NCBI GenBank assembly: GCA_964016885.1
Contig: OZ024743.1
Coordinates: forward strand, 149,854,001-149,918,000
Source of the DNA: Eledone cirrhosa
Lineage: Eukaryota
Length of the DNA: 64,000 nt
Reading direction: 5' to 3'
Part shown: positions 1-12,974 of the stretch, piece after piece
Position numbering within the stretch: the first letter of the stretch is position 1
Layout: each line of letters opens with the position of its first letter
Made by a program: the position numbers and the translations under genes
The notes under the pieces: model-generated
Told to the model about the DNA's origin: nothing
What the model saw: the letters and a program-made list of their open reading frames with translations, nothing else
Database searches by the model: none

Positions 1-1020
1 AATTGTACAGTATGTAGTCTACTAAACACTTAATTAAACATTCAGCTAGTTAAATATGTATTTTTGAAATTTCCAAACTAGTGCCCAGATGTATTTACAT
101 GGCCTCACCTTATTTAATTGGAGTCAACTGAAATGCAAGATTGTACTTAAGTACAAAAAGGAAACAGACTTTACATAACATAAGATTAGTGAGACTATAC
201 TAGACTGGTTTAATATCAAATGTTGCAAGATTGGAAAACCAAATTGATTTTGTTTTGAATTTTATATCCCATTCTACCCAGACCAGTAAATTTGATCAAT
301 GAGCTTTTCATTGCATTTTGAGAATAATTCTATCACTGACACCCCTTTCTGCTGTGAGTGTTTTTCCAGATCTTTTGATCGTGCAGCAGCCCTACTAATT
401 ATACATAGAGCAGCATATATTTTCTCCTCCATGCCAAACATCAGTACTTTCTTGTCACCTGCCTAAAGGGCAATTACAACAACCTTGTCATCAAGTATAT
501 TTAAAAGGCTTCACCAAAACTCTAAGCTTCAGAGTGAGGGAGGTCTATATATAATTTTAATAGATGTTTTATTTCCTATTACTTTTGTATTTTATATTGT
601 CTACTTTTTCTTGTTTAATTTGCTCCAATAATGTTTTAAGGAAAAATAGAGTACATCCTTCATGATTTCTGTCTCTCCGTCTCTCTCTCTCTCTTTCTCT
701 CTCTCTCTATATATATATATGTATGTATATATATATATATATGCAAGAGAAGAGAGTGAGAGAGAAATAGAATGGTTGTGTTTCATTTTTTTTTTTAGTT
801 TTCAAAAACACATTTTAAAGAATTTTACATTTTCTAAGAGACAAATATGTATATCACAACATTATAATCTATGAAACATAAGTTTTAGACTTTTGAGCAC
901 TAAAAATATTTAGTGAGCAGAAAGGATTCAAGTTTACTTTAATCCATTTTATTCTTACTATCAAAGAAGATGGTTATGCAGCTTCATACATTCCATGTTA
1001 TTGGGAACAAATTTGATGGA

Positions 1021-1250
1021 GTTAAGGTGTAAAATTATTAATCATCTTGCCAACAACAACTCTGAGTTCCTTTTTGATTTCCATGTGTCTAACACACTTG
1101 GGCATGCCAACAAAGTCAGAAAACAGCACAGCTCCCATGACTTTCGGAAACATTTTTTCACACTCAGAGTTGCTGAAGCATGGAACAAACTACCTGCATC
1201 AGTTATTAGCTGTCGAGACACTGCATCCTTTAAAACCTCCATGCTTCCAG
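1021..1250 (+). mobile_element. CR1-clade LINE, 3' end of ORF2 (fragment)
   Basis: ORF 995-1285 reads NTLGHANKVRKQHSSHDFRKHFFTLRVAEAWNKLPASVISCRDTASFK, matching the CR1 ORF2 C-terminal pattern TRGH..K......RKHFF..RV...WN.LP..V......FK. Confidence 0.85.
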
Positions 1251-2161
1251 ATTTTCTTCCAATAACACTCTCAATTAAGGAATAATATTGTATGATTTAC
1301 TCTAAGATAAACTATCTGTGACGAATTTCATCAGTAGGCTTTCCATTTCTGAAACAACAGGAATATTCATCACTGAAACTGATGGTGGTCCATTGATTTT
1401 GATATAATATATATCTGTATGTTCAATAGTATTTAGGTAATGGCATCATTTTTTTAAAATTATTAGTGATGTAATTATGTTATGTATTTGATTAGACATT
1501 AAACGATGATGATGATGAATTAAGCTGATACAGATAACAAGTAAATAAATAGCAAGATAAATTAAAACCACAACAAAAGACTCTTGTATCATCCATTGAC
1601 TACTATCCTCTAACAGGCTATACATTTTTCAGCAATTTTCCAAGACTTTTCAATGCCTAATATAGCAGTTTACTACATATTTAGGCAGAAACGAGTGGTC
1701 TAACTATAATAGGGTCCACCATTGTATATTGTATGAAGGTGCTGTGTTGCTCTCTACACTCCTCCACCCACTAGCAGAGATGAGTTAACCTCAGGGATAA
1801 AGTTTCTATTCATGCATAAGCAGAGGTTTCACTCTATAAAAGGAACTTCAGTTCCTCCTCTTGTTCTTATTTAGTATATACTGCCTCATGCTTCACCCTT
1901 GAGGTGGGTGAATAATTCATATCTTTCATGCCAAACTAATCATGGAGGGGGGTAGATTTCCTCATCTTTGTCTAGCCGCACCCCTCCGTCTCTATCAAAA
2001 CCTTAGACCTCCTGTGTATTTAATAAATGTCAGTGGGTGTGATTACTTGTGTGAGCTTGTAATTGTCTCTATTTCTTTTCTCCTTGCTGTCTTTTTTTCT
2101 TTCTTCTTTATTATAAGTTTTGTTCTCCTCTGTTTGTGTGTATATGTGCAAATGAATGTAC

Positions 2162-2227
<66 letters not shown>

Positions 2228-2588
2228 GTGATTCTTAGACTTTCTTTTAGTTTGTGGATATATGTGCTTTAGTGTACATGAGAGAAGTCTTTGTATTTTG
2301 TTTATTTTTTAAATGTTATTCTGTCTTCATATTTTTGCAGATAATTGTAGCTTACTTTATGAATGTGCATATATATGTATATGTGTATAATAGCTAAGGG
2401 AGAGGGAGAGATACAGATTAACAGAAAGATGGGATATGGAAGTTTTGTACTAAGGAGTTATCCATCCTCCTCGAATGGACAAGTTTTAAACTGTTACCTT
2501 GGTTACAGTCTTCTATCCTAAGGTGGTGTGTCTTTGAAGATTCGCAAAGATTTGAAATACAAGGGTTTCTTTCTCATTATTTTATCCC

Positions 2589-2622
<34 letters not shown>

Positions 2623-2886
2623 ACATATATACACATATATACACATATGCATATATATATTTCATGCTTATTCATATTTCATGAAGATTTATTTTTTTAC
2701 CCTGCTCCTTACTAACTACTACATTATCATTTTATTTTGTATTATATTTCTTAAAATTCTATTTTGGTCAGTTTTTACAATAGGCACTTCTCCCTTACAA
2801 TGTATTCTTAATATTCTGACACTAAAACAACATTATTTTCCCTTATGCACTATAACAAGAGTTGAACAAAATAGACCGTAGAATAA

Positions 2887-3110
2887 TTAAACCTTTTGAT
2901 ACCAACCCAATTGAAACTGTTCATTGTTCTATACTATAAAAGTGTCTGATTTAAAATGTTTATACTTATATAAAGACCTCCCATTATAATTTTATATAAC
3001 AAATATTTGTTAAGTAATGTTCCACACATTAGCTTACTAAGGAAAAAGCTATTTTACTGAATTCTTCCAAACATTTGATTATTTTCAAAATTAACTGAAA
3101 TATATTATCT
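2887..3110. mobile_element. Old piggyBac-like MITE, degraded (related copies 26495-26745 and 62749-62957)
   Basis: Starts TTAAACCTTTTGATACCAACCC. The 62749 copy starts TTAATCCTTGAGATACCAACCC and ends AAGATGGTTAA. Internal AT-rich similarity judged by eye only. Confidence 0.4.
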
Positions 3111-3125
3111 GATTAAATCAGATAC

Positions 3126-3545
3126 TGCGTTACTGGTACTTTGTTTTATCAACCCCATAAGGATGAAAGGCAAAGATAACCCTGCTGGGATTTGAATTCA
3201 GAATATAAAAGGACATGACTATATGCTGCAAAGCATGTTGTCCGACGCTCTGCCGATATTGACACTGCCATTATAGTAATAATAATTGTTTCTGATTTAA
3301 GCACAAGACACCAATTTTGAGGGAGAGGAAAGTCGATTAAATCACCCCATTTGCATTACTGTTAAATCACCCCATTTGCATTACTGTTAAATCACCCCAT
3401 TTGCATTACTGAAACTTGATTTTATCGACCCCGTAAGGATGAAAGGCAAAGCTAACCTTGATGGGATTTGAACTCAGAATGTAAAGGGCCGTAAATATAC
3501 CACAAAGTATGTTGTCTGATGCCCTATTGAGACTGCCAATCCACA
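3126..3545 (-). mobile_element. Two tandem copies of tRNA-derived SINE family A (3126-3270 partial; 3280-3545 long variant)
   Basis: Reverse complement of the family core GAGTTCAAATCCC..AGGTTA.CTTTGCCTTTCATCCTTACGGGGTCGATAAAAT; (ATT)n tail. Confidence 0.85.
3337..3411. repeat. Perfect 25-bp tandem triplication inside a SINE
   Basis: TTAAATCACCCCATTTGCATTACTG at 3337, 3362 and 3387. Confidence 0.95.
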
Positions 3546-3562
3546 AATAATAATAATAATTA

Positions 3563-4272
3563 AAATGGGTTACATGAATGTTTAAAAAAAGGACTTTCAT
3601 AAACTATCTTCTATTTATGGATGACCTGAAATTGTTTGGAAAGTCTGAAAATCTGATAGATTCTTTGGTTAAAATAGCCCAAATATTTAGCAGTGATATT
3701 GGTGTGGAATTTGGGATTCCAAGTGCTCTTTGCTCAATATGAAAAGAGGGAAGAAAGGAGCCTATAGTGGATTATGACAGTCAGAAGAAATGATGGAGGA
3801 ACTAGAAGATAGTAGATACAAGTATTCAGAGATTTTAGGACTGGATGATATTTTACATGCAAAAATGAAAGAAAAGGTTAGAGAGACATCTAAAAAGAGT
3901 GAAAATGATTTTAAAATCCAATCTGAATGTGACAAATCTAGTCACTACAACATTTGGGTAGTTGCGGTGGTTAGATATAAAGTGTCCATTCTCAGGTGGA
4001 CTGAAGAAGAAATATATCAAGTTGGATAGAAAGATGAGAAAGAAAGTAATATGAAAGTGATGCCAGTTGTGGTCAGGGTATAAGGATCAATTCTACTGAA
4101 ATTTGAAGACTTCTTAATGTGGTTGGGAATGCCATGCAAGATTGGCATCATACAAAAACCAGCCTTGCTAGGTTCTGCACACATTTTGTGGAAAGTATTA
4201 TCTGACAGATGACTAAATACATTTTCCATCTACATTTGACAAAGTAATGATAATAATAGTAATAATAATAAT
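3563..4272 (+). mobile_element. R4/Dong-clade non-LTR retrotransposon, degraded and internally deleted
   Basis: From 3599: INYLLFMDDLKLFGKSENLIDSLVKIAQIFSSDIGVEFG (RT xMDD motif), then YKY, MKEKV and NIWVVAVVRY..ILRW. From ~4050 it jumps to the C-terminal IQKPALLGSAHILWKVL and ends in a (TAA)n tail; (TAA)n also lies upstream. Confidence 0.85.
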
Positions 4273-5105
4273 TGTTTCTACTTTATTTTATTGACCTGGA
4301 GTTAAGTAACAACAACAATTCTGTTTATTTTGTAAATTCTATTTCACTAAATACTCGACTGTTGAACTTCATTTCTGAATAATTGAAAATTTAATGTTGG
4401 TGTTTACTAGAAGAAATATTTCAACTTAATTCAATTAAATACATATTTTTCAAATGCTTTCTTTTGTTTAATTGAAAATGTGAAGATTATGGAAGATAGT
4501 AATGAAGTTCAACATCATTCCTGTGGCAAGTAGCAATTATGAATTTGATCACAAGGCCTTCTCTAAAAACATCTGTTTATATATATCCACTTTCATATAG
4601 AGTTTGCAAATATGTGTTAAAAATATACTTTTAGGGGATGTGTGGTACAAACCTCTTAAGTGAGCTTAATTCTGAATGTCAACATTTTTCCTATCTGTAT
4701 TTTCATCTCATCAGTAAGATTACATGAATTATTGGGGTGAATTTATTCTATTAGTTAAGATAATCACTGAGAAGTCAAACTGAGTAACCTTTGTTGGTCC
4801 TTGAATCCAAGATAATATCAATAGCTTACATGCATATTTATGATTTCAGCTAATTGACTCACAGCTAGAATAAAGCCATGATGTTATCATTTCAAATCCA
4901 AGTTATCTACTCCCATAGATTCATCAACTTTCCATCAAGAAACTAGTTGATATACGCCCATCAACACTTTGTGTTGTAGGGTTTTCTTATCACACCCTGT
5001 GACACCAGCTTCATTAAAGTAACTCAATGCAATGGAGTTATGTAGATATGTTTGTTCATAAATATATTGCTTTAGAAGGCTTTTTTTACTATCATTATCA
5101 GTTTT

Positions 5106-5292
5106 TAGATTGGCAGTACCGGTAGAGGGTCGGACGCTATGCTTTGACGCACAGAGTTACGGCCCTTGCCATTCTGAGTTCGAATCCCGCCGAGGTTAAC
5201 TTTGCCTTTCATCCTTACGGGATCGATAAAATAAAGTACCAGTAATGTACTGGTTAATTGCTGGCCTTGTGCCAAAAAGTAGAAACAATTAT
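5106..5292 (+). mobile_element. SINE family A, young short variant with 12-bp TSD
   Basis: A-box-like TGGCAGTACCGG, B box GTTCGAATCCC, family core, tail GTAGAAACAATT. TSD ATTATCAGTTTT at 5094-5105 and 5288-5299. Confidence 0.92.
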
Positions 5293-5649
5293 CAGTTTTA
5301 ATACACTTTCCATATTCATCTTCTAAGCAAGTAATATCCTGTTTTGTATCTCTGGAAACTAAATACATGATTTCTTACACTTAAGTATCAATTTATCAAC
5401 TATTAATCTCTTTTGTTTTGGTATTTCTCACTAATTTGTGTTATAACCTTCCTAAGAGGGTGTTATAACCTTCCTAAAATTCTGTGTAAATCTAATACTT
5501 TTTATTATATTATTCAATTTGTGTTTTATAAAATATGATGATATTCTTCAAACTTTTGAAATATTTTATGACTTTAATGATCATTCCCTTTTTACTTTTT
5601 ATGAACAATATTTGAGAGAAATATGTTGTTGGTATCTCTCTCTCTCTTG

Positions 5650-5723
5650 ACTTATTTGTACATTACTAATGGTTTCATAGATACCTTCATGTCTATGAAA
5701 CCATTGTTAATGCACAAATAAGT
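5650..5723. repeat. 74-nt imperfect hairpin (34-bp arms, 6-nt loop)
   Basis: ACTTATTTGTACATTACTAATGGTTTCATAGATA pairs with TGTCTATGAAACCATTGTTAATGCACAAATAAGT, with 4 non-Watson-Crick positions. Confidence 0.9.
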
Positions 5724-8700
5724 AAAACTGTCAATATATGTGTGTCTGTGTGCGATGAACTGTAACATTAATTACTAACTATTAAGTAAGCTACTTTTTT
5801 ATTATTATTCTGAAGTTAGTGGTAAGATTTGAATTAGTATTCTGAATAACTGGTTAAGAATTTTCAGTAATTTTTGCACGTGCATGTTTGCATGCCTATG
5901 GATAAATCAATGATATAGATTCTAGAATTTGAATTTCTTTAACACAATTTTAGATGTGATCAACACAGAAATTAAAATTTATCATGACAACATTTCATAA
6001 AATTTATTTTGTACACTCCCTACTGTGAACATGACATTCAAAAGAAAAAAAAAACATTTTATTTTAGTTTATCAAATATCTTATTTTGCCATCATATTTT
6101 ATTATCCTGAGCAAAATATTCTTTTAATGATTTATATATTTATTCACTTCTTTCATATGGTCTATCCCACACATTTGTCATAGTATATTTGCTGAAGACA
6201 AGTTTTCGTGAGTGCATGTTTCTTTATAAATTGATCGGGAACACATACTATGTTAGAACATTTTCTGTTGAATTCTTCAGTTTCTTAAATAATGGATTAC
6301 TATCTGAAATCGGTGCAACATTATTTTTATATTAATATATTGAGATTAAGCAAATGGAACCATAGCTGTCATTAACAAACCCTATTGATAAAACAATGAC
6401 AACAACAAGTAACATAGCAAAAGAAAGTAAACGATTTATCATACAGAGATAAATTTCAGGAGTTAAAATATATCTTGTGTTTTTATAACCTATCTCTGTT
6501 CATGAAATATTAATTACAACTTTCCACTATTTCCTTTTAAATGTTATTATTAACTTATTTGTCTTTTGTACACTATATTTTTATAATTAAAAGAAATTGG
6601 AGATAGAAGAAATATTGATTTCTTACATAGGCATAAGACATTGAATTTAGAGGAAGGGAACAATTAATGATATTTACCCAGTACTTGACTGGTACTTTCA
6701 TTTTTTTATGAATATTTGAACTCAGAATGTAAAAGTTCAGAACAAATATTTTGTCTGAAATTATAGTAATCACCCATCCATTAAGATAATGTACTTTTAT
6801 TGAAAAATTATACTAAATTTATATTTATTTTGTAGGGAGTCAGGAATTGCAGAAAAAATAGTTTGTTGTGTATTTAGGAATAAACATTAACAATGATAAA
6901 AAAAAATGTCTGATATTTTAATATAGGCATATCTAGCTTTTGTAAAATGTGTGTGTTATTATTAAGGAGAAAAAAATTGATTATTGCCATTGTAAATGGC
7001 AACCCCATAGGATAGAGATAAGCTCTTGGTAAACCAAGTCCATGATTTTCATTGTACTTCTCTAAAACTTTCAGGATTCATACATAAGAAAGAAACATAG
7101 TTTATATTAGTATTATTGTTATTTTTGCTAATCTAATTTGGTTTTAGAAAAGTTGAGTTTTGATATAATGAAGAAAAGTAAAAGTAGATTTATTTTTATT
7201 TTTTAGTTAATTAAAATTCAAGCATGTCTTAAATCTTGTTTTGTGCAATATTGTAACTTTTAGTCTTGATCCGTTTTGGAGAAGCAACTCTTTTAAAATA
7301 AATTGTTTCCAGAATCTTTTAATTCTTTTAAATCATATTCTACAGTAAATTTCTGTAGCAGTCTTTGTATTCAACTGTTTCCTCCATTTCATTCAAACAA
7401 TATTCTAAAAGAAATGAGAGTAATTTTCAGTATCGTTACATCCTAGATGATTGACCAAGTTTCTGAACATTTGCTTCCCTGTTTTCAATTGGAATTCATT
7501 GATAGAGATAGTTAATCAGTGAACTCTTGTATGACAACAAATGTCTCCTTGTCAGTAATTATTAGTTCTAGTCAGTTGCTTTCCTACAACAATGCATACT
7601 CTTCACCTTCTGAGCAATAGGCACAGTCACTGAAGTTTGGCGTGACATTGCAAAATTAATCATTAGTTATTTCCTGTCACTGGAAACCTATTCATTAGGG
7701 ATTTTGCTTTGAGTAAACTTGTTTGCTGTCTTCAAGGAAAACAAATTGACTCTGGTTCCAAGTTTCTATTGGAGCTTAACATTTTTATTTATTTACTTAT
7801 TTTCTTCTTTGAAAGGAGAAAGAAAAAAAGATAAGGAAATTAAATAACTGAATAATCAAAATAAATTTTTACTCAATTAGTAATTCCATTAATATATCTC
7901 TCTCTCTCTCTTTAAACATTTCAATCAATTGATAAGTAAATCTAATATCTCTACAAGCAATGATAAATGTGTCATGCATTTTTCTTTTTTAATAGTATAT
8001 ATAATTCTATATGTCATGGTGTATTTAATGATGCAAGCTAAATATCAACTTCTCGTGTCTTAAAATTATTTTGAAGAATGCTTGAAATCTTTCAGAGTTG
8101 TTTTAGGAACATTTTAGCTGAAGGCATTGTTTGATGCCTGCGAAAATAATCTCAACTCATCATCGCCACTACAGAATTGATAGCAAATTTTATTCATAAT
8201 TTATTAAGAATTCTGTGCTTAATATTTCAGTTTATTTCAAAACCAACCTATTTATTTGACACCCATTTTTATATCTTTTAGTTTTAGATTTTGTGACTCA
8301 ATATTTTTAAATGTAGGATATTTGTTATTCAAGGTATCAAATTTCTGAGACTTTGATTTTAAAATATTAAAATGCTTTCCAATTATCTGTTAACCAGTCA
8401 GCATAGATTCTAGATTATGAATATTTTTATTATTTTCAAAGAACCTTTTACATTGAATTTTTAAACCTCAACATCAATCAAGTATTTCATGAAATCATTC
8501 TGTGACTCTTCCTCTTTTCTCTTATTTAATTCTACACTACACTAACTTTCAAACTCTTCAAGCTCTGTTACTACTATAATCAGATTCATGATCTTGGAAA
8601 ACGTAGACACATTCTGTTGCCATCTCCACCAGACACAACAACTAAAAAGTAAATTTAGAAGAAATACTCCCTCACCTATTGTTATTATTTGTTGTCACTC

Positions 8701-8744
8701 TGATCAAGCAAACCTATAATCAAAAGTATTTTAGTCATGAAAAG

Positions 8745-8852
<108 letters not shown>

Positions 8853-9189
8853 TCCGAAACTACATTGTTTAGTGCTTCTGGTCCTTTTTACAATAGTGAG
8901 GTGTATTTTTCTGTTAATGGTTTTTAAAATCACATTTTATTAACAATTGCATCGTTAGTCACATGTTTACAACAGACCAGTTACTTTTTTTCATTTCATA
9001 TATTATGGAAAATATATATATAATTTTATTTGTCTCTGATTCAGCACAATAGGGGTTTTCTGGAGTTGTGCAATTGCTAAGTGACTTTCCTTAACTACAC
9101 TGTGATACCTTTGATGTAAATTGTAGATTTAATTAATAAATTATCTTCCTGTCACATTTAATATTTGTTTGTGTGGTGTATGTATAGTT

Positions 9190-9480
9190 TCCCAGTTGTT
9201 ATGTCTATGGTGTCTTTGAATCCCCATGACTTAATTGATGATTCTGTATCTTCAAAATCTTAAGCAATATTCTGTTGAAATGGGATGGTTTGTTAGAATC
9301 ACTTAAAGTCTATTTTACTCATACAAAATAGTTCAAATTTAATGCTTTGAACCTACTGGCCTGTTATACTGGAATCAATGATGTTTGATAATATCCCACT
9401 AATCTGGTATTCCATTCTGCCACACATTGCTGTTTACTATTGTCATTTACACTGATTTCAGCACAAATCTGTAATCATTT
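9190..9480 (-). mobile_element. Possible highly degraded LINE (RTE-like) RT N-terminal fragment
   Basis: Minus strand gives NGIPD.W followed by IPV across stops and frameshifts, resembling G.IP.DW...IIP. Confidence 0.3.
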
Positions 9481-10064
9481 TAGATCATTAATTTAGCTTG
9501 AGGTCTCTTGCAAGGTATTGCTGGAATTAATGTCAAATACATACATATATACTCTTTTGTTTTCATGTTTAATTTGGGCATATCATTTTTTTCAAATACA
9601 GCTCTCTCAGGGTTCAAAGGATTAAATCCTTTCAATGATTGACTCCAATGCATATTCAGAAAGACAATAGCCAGAATATACTCGTGATCAACAAGGGTAT
9701 TTGATGACTGGGTGTGTTTGGTTAGTGAGAAGGATTTAGCTAATATGCCTTGGTGGCTTTCCCTTTCCTCATCATTTATAAACTTAAAAACATCTTTTTG
9801 GCACAGGAATATATTCTCATTTAAAGGAGATTATAGTAGTAGATAAATGATATCACTTAAGAAATAGGATACTGACTGAAGTGATGTGAAACAGCAAATA
9901 ACACCCAAGTAAATAGGTTGAGTAGAGTTGTAAAAAGTGAAAGAGATAGGGAGTGTGGTATAAAAGAGCTATTAAGGTAAAAAGTCATATTGAAAATAAA
10001 TAAATCCAATTGAGGAAAGAAAAAATGTTGCAAGAGGTAACTCAAATGGTTGGTACTAAGGAGA

Positions 10065-10275
10065 ACATCTAGCTGAAAAACATTGACTCAGTGTATGATG
10101 ACAGACATATGATAAAAGGCCTTCAAGCTGCAACTGTCCTATTTTGTTTTCAGGCCTAGATATACTAGGCCTATATTAACTAGTGTGTTCTTCCCTTTTT
10201 TTTTAATGTATTAGAGTTCAAAATGAGGGAGATTTTGGCTGCTAGTTTTAAAAGATGTACAATCTTGTAGAACAT
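10065..10275 (-). mobile_element. Old dispersed repeat / SINE family C (other copies on +: 50080-50255, 50955-51170, 51490-51700, 57995-58160)
   Basis: Shared order of motifs: CTCTAC.TGG..., AGAAA.AGCAGCCAAAT..C.CAAAT.AC.C, ATAATGTA.TCCTAG, GATG.TC..G.CTGGAA...TTTGATC, GGGCTAAACAA. Confidence 0.6.
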
Positions 10276-10330
10276 TGCTTTTTGTCTTAAAGTATGTGTA
10301 TTTGTGCCCATGTGTATGTAAAGTAGAGAC

Positions 10331-10590
10331 TAGTGATTCCCAAATTATCACAGAACCCTTATAGGATTTTCCAAAAATCGTGGAAGCCATATATATATTT
10401 TATCAACAACCCTCATCTACTTTATGTGGATAAAACATTAAATGAAGCAAAAAATATTTTAGAGAGAAAATATATGAAACAAAAACATACAATATTTATT
10501 ATCAAATTTTATAAAAACGTAATTTAACTCCTAGAACTCCATAATTTTCTGTGGAACACTGCTGTCTCAGAACCACTTTGAAAAACACAG
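10331..10590. mobile_element. hAT (Charlie/MER5-like) MITE, degraded
   Basis: Termini TAGTGATTCCCAAA ... TTTGAAAAACACAG, flanked by GTAGAGAC and CTCTAGGT, which loosely resemble the hAT-Charlie 8-bp target. Confidence 0.55.
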
Positions 10591-10919
10591 CTCTAGGTAA
10601 CAAATTTGGTTGGTTATTTTTTCTATTGAGGTGGTGGCCAGTGAATGCTATTAGACAGAGTTAAGTATGGTTGATTGAATTAAAATTCAATTTATTTTTT
10701 CTCATAATGACACAGAAATGAAGATGGTAGTATTACATTGTTTAATGCAAAATAACTTTGTTATTCTTGTTTGTCTAAATTATTGTTTATGTATTTTAAA
10801 ACTACAATGATCTAAAAAATAATTAAAAAAATGTTTTCACTATTATCTTTGTTTTATTCATTTATATTTTATTCCTTCCTTCATTTATTTATTGTTTATT
10901 CATTTTTCTCTATTTCCAG

Positions 10920-10995
10920 TCCTGACTGCTACCCCAGTCTAAATATGACGGAACGTCATCAACGTGATGATTTCAGTCTGTGGCCGGGAGTGCAG
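10920..10995 (+). CDS. Internal coding exon of an unidentified host gene (76 nt, phase 2 to phase 0): xPDCYPSLNMTERHQRDDFSLWPGVQ
   Basis: Long pyrimidine tract ending TTTCCAG (AG 10918-10919) and donor CAG|GTATGT (GT 10996-10997). GC/CpG-richer than flanks; only one of three frames is open. Confidence 0.75.
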
Positions 10996-11276
10996 GTATG
11001 TTGTTACCTACCTCTTTTTCATATTTGTATAACTTCCCTATATATTTTGATGGAAACTCTTACTAATTAATACAAAGAACAAATTAAAAGTCTATGTTTC
11101 ACTATTTATTTACATAATTTTTTATTCGTTTTCCCTATAATTTTTTGGGGGGTTTTTGTCAATTGCAAAATTATTAATAAACACTACTAATTAATATAAC
11201 ATTTGTTTGAGCATTTTCTAGAAAGTCTTAATATAAATTAGGAAAAATGAAAATGAAACATAATGAGTTTCCTTTA

Positions 11277-11318
<42 letters not shown>

Positions 11319-11533
11319 TTATTATTATCGTTTTTTGTGTGTATATATATATATATATATATATACATACACGTATTTATGAATACACACCCACACACAT
11401 ATATATATATGTATATAATGTATATAATTAGCTTCTAATCATTGATACATTTAATAAATACTCTGTAAAAGGTAGATGTCTGTATATATATTAATTTATA
11501 TTGTCATCTCTCTTTGTTTCTCTATTTCCAAAT

Positions 11534-11765
11534 TGTATGTATGTATGCAAGCATTTTTATGTGTGTATGTATGCAAGCATTTTATGTATGTATGTATGTA
11601 TGCAAGCATTTTTATGTGTGTATGTATGCAAGCATTTTATGTATGTATGTATGTATGCAAGCATTTTTATGTATGTATGTATGTATGCAAGCATTTTTAT
11701 GTATGTGTATGTATGCATGCATCACATGCATACATATATGCATCACATGCATACATATATGCATT
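11534..11765. repeat. Minisatellite built on (GTAT)n-GCAAGCATTTTTAT units
   Basis: About 6 units of 26-30 bp, followed by a duplicated ATGCATCACATGCATACATAT. Confidence 0.9.
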
Positions 11766-12790
11766 TTGTCACTTGAATGATTATTTTTTTGATTTTCTTC
11801 CATAATTTATCTTAGTTCTCACTTGATGTTAACATTAAAAAGTTATATCTTTTTTTTGTCTTAGAGAAAATTCTTTCTGCTCCCTTTCTTTCCCCACTCA
11901 CTCTTCCTTCTCCATGCCATCCCTGTGCACACACACACACACAGGTACATGCAAACACATTCATATGCATATCAGTAGATGAATTCAGATAGTGTGAGAG
12001 ATTACACACTGTCAATGAGTTGTATCTATAGATATGTTATCCAAAGCTGATCTCTACACAGTATATAATATTGAGAAAGGTGGCAATAACCATTTTAATT
12101 ATTGATTGGATGGCAGTCACATGATAAAAATTTTTTATTAATATTTATTAATAAGTTTTTATTTGTCAGCTATCAAATTGAGTTGGTTGAGTGTTTAGAG
12201 TTAAATTAGTTGCTTTATAATGTCTAGATTAGTGGTTCTGTCATTATCTCTAAAGAGTTATTAATTTGAGTATCAGTAAATAAATTGTGTCTATCATTAT
12301 CACACTCTCTTACCATACATTTCCACATTCACCTTCATGCTAATGCTCTCTCCTTTTTTGATCTATTGACCATCATCCCCCATAATCATATTTCCAGGCA
12401 TATTTGTCTTGAAAGAACCTGTCATAAGATAGAGTTCAGAAGACCCTTTAGCTTTGCAGTGATCAAAGCATCTGTATAATGTAGGTGACATGATCAAATG
12501 CTCCCAGTATATTATGTAAATAGAGACAATGTATGGTAGAGAGGATTTGTCAAATCTAAGACAGCTCCTCTAGTGCTTGTGCCACAATAAAATGCACCCA
12601 GTACAATCTATAAAATTGTTAGAGTTAGAAAAGGCATCCAGCCATAGAAGCCATTAAAGAAAACTTGAACAAATATTCATCTTACAATTTAGTTTTTCCA
12701 GTATAACCCAACTAGTAAGAAATCAATATTGAAAAAATATTTATTGATTGCAGGAAGTGTAATCAAATTGTAAATATGTTTAAATATGAA

Positions 12791-12974
12791 AATAATTGTT
12801 TCTACTTTTGGGACAAGGCCAGCAATTATCCCAGTGCATTACTGGTGCTTTATTTTATCGACCCCATAATGATGAAAGGCAAAGCTAACCTCAGTTGGAT
12901 TTGAACTCAGAACATAAAGGGTCATAACTCAAAGCATGGTGTCTGACGCTCTACTGATACTGCCAAACCACCGC
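12791..12974 (-). mobile_element. SINE family A, short variant
   Basis: Family core, B box and AATAATTGTTTCTAC tail on the reverse strand. Confidence 0.9.

Noticed and set aside
80-510. Possible decayed RT on the minus strand (LDD...)
   Set aside because: Motifs too weak and frames broken; cannot be supported.
3337-3411. 25-bp repeats (and the 11534 minisatellite) as a CRISPR-like array
   Set aside because: No unique spacers, eukaryotic context, and the first lies inside a SINE.
4695-4720. Minus-strand CTGATGA-GAT-GAAA
   Set aside because: Three nucleotides cannot form stem II, and there is no stem I or III; chance match.
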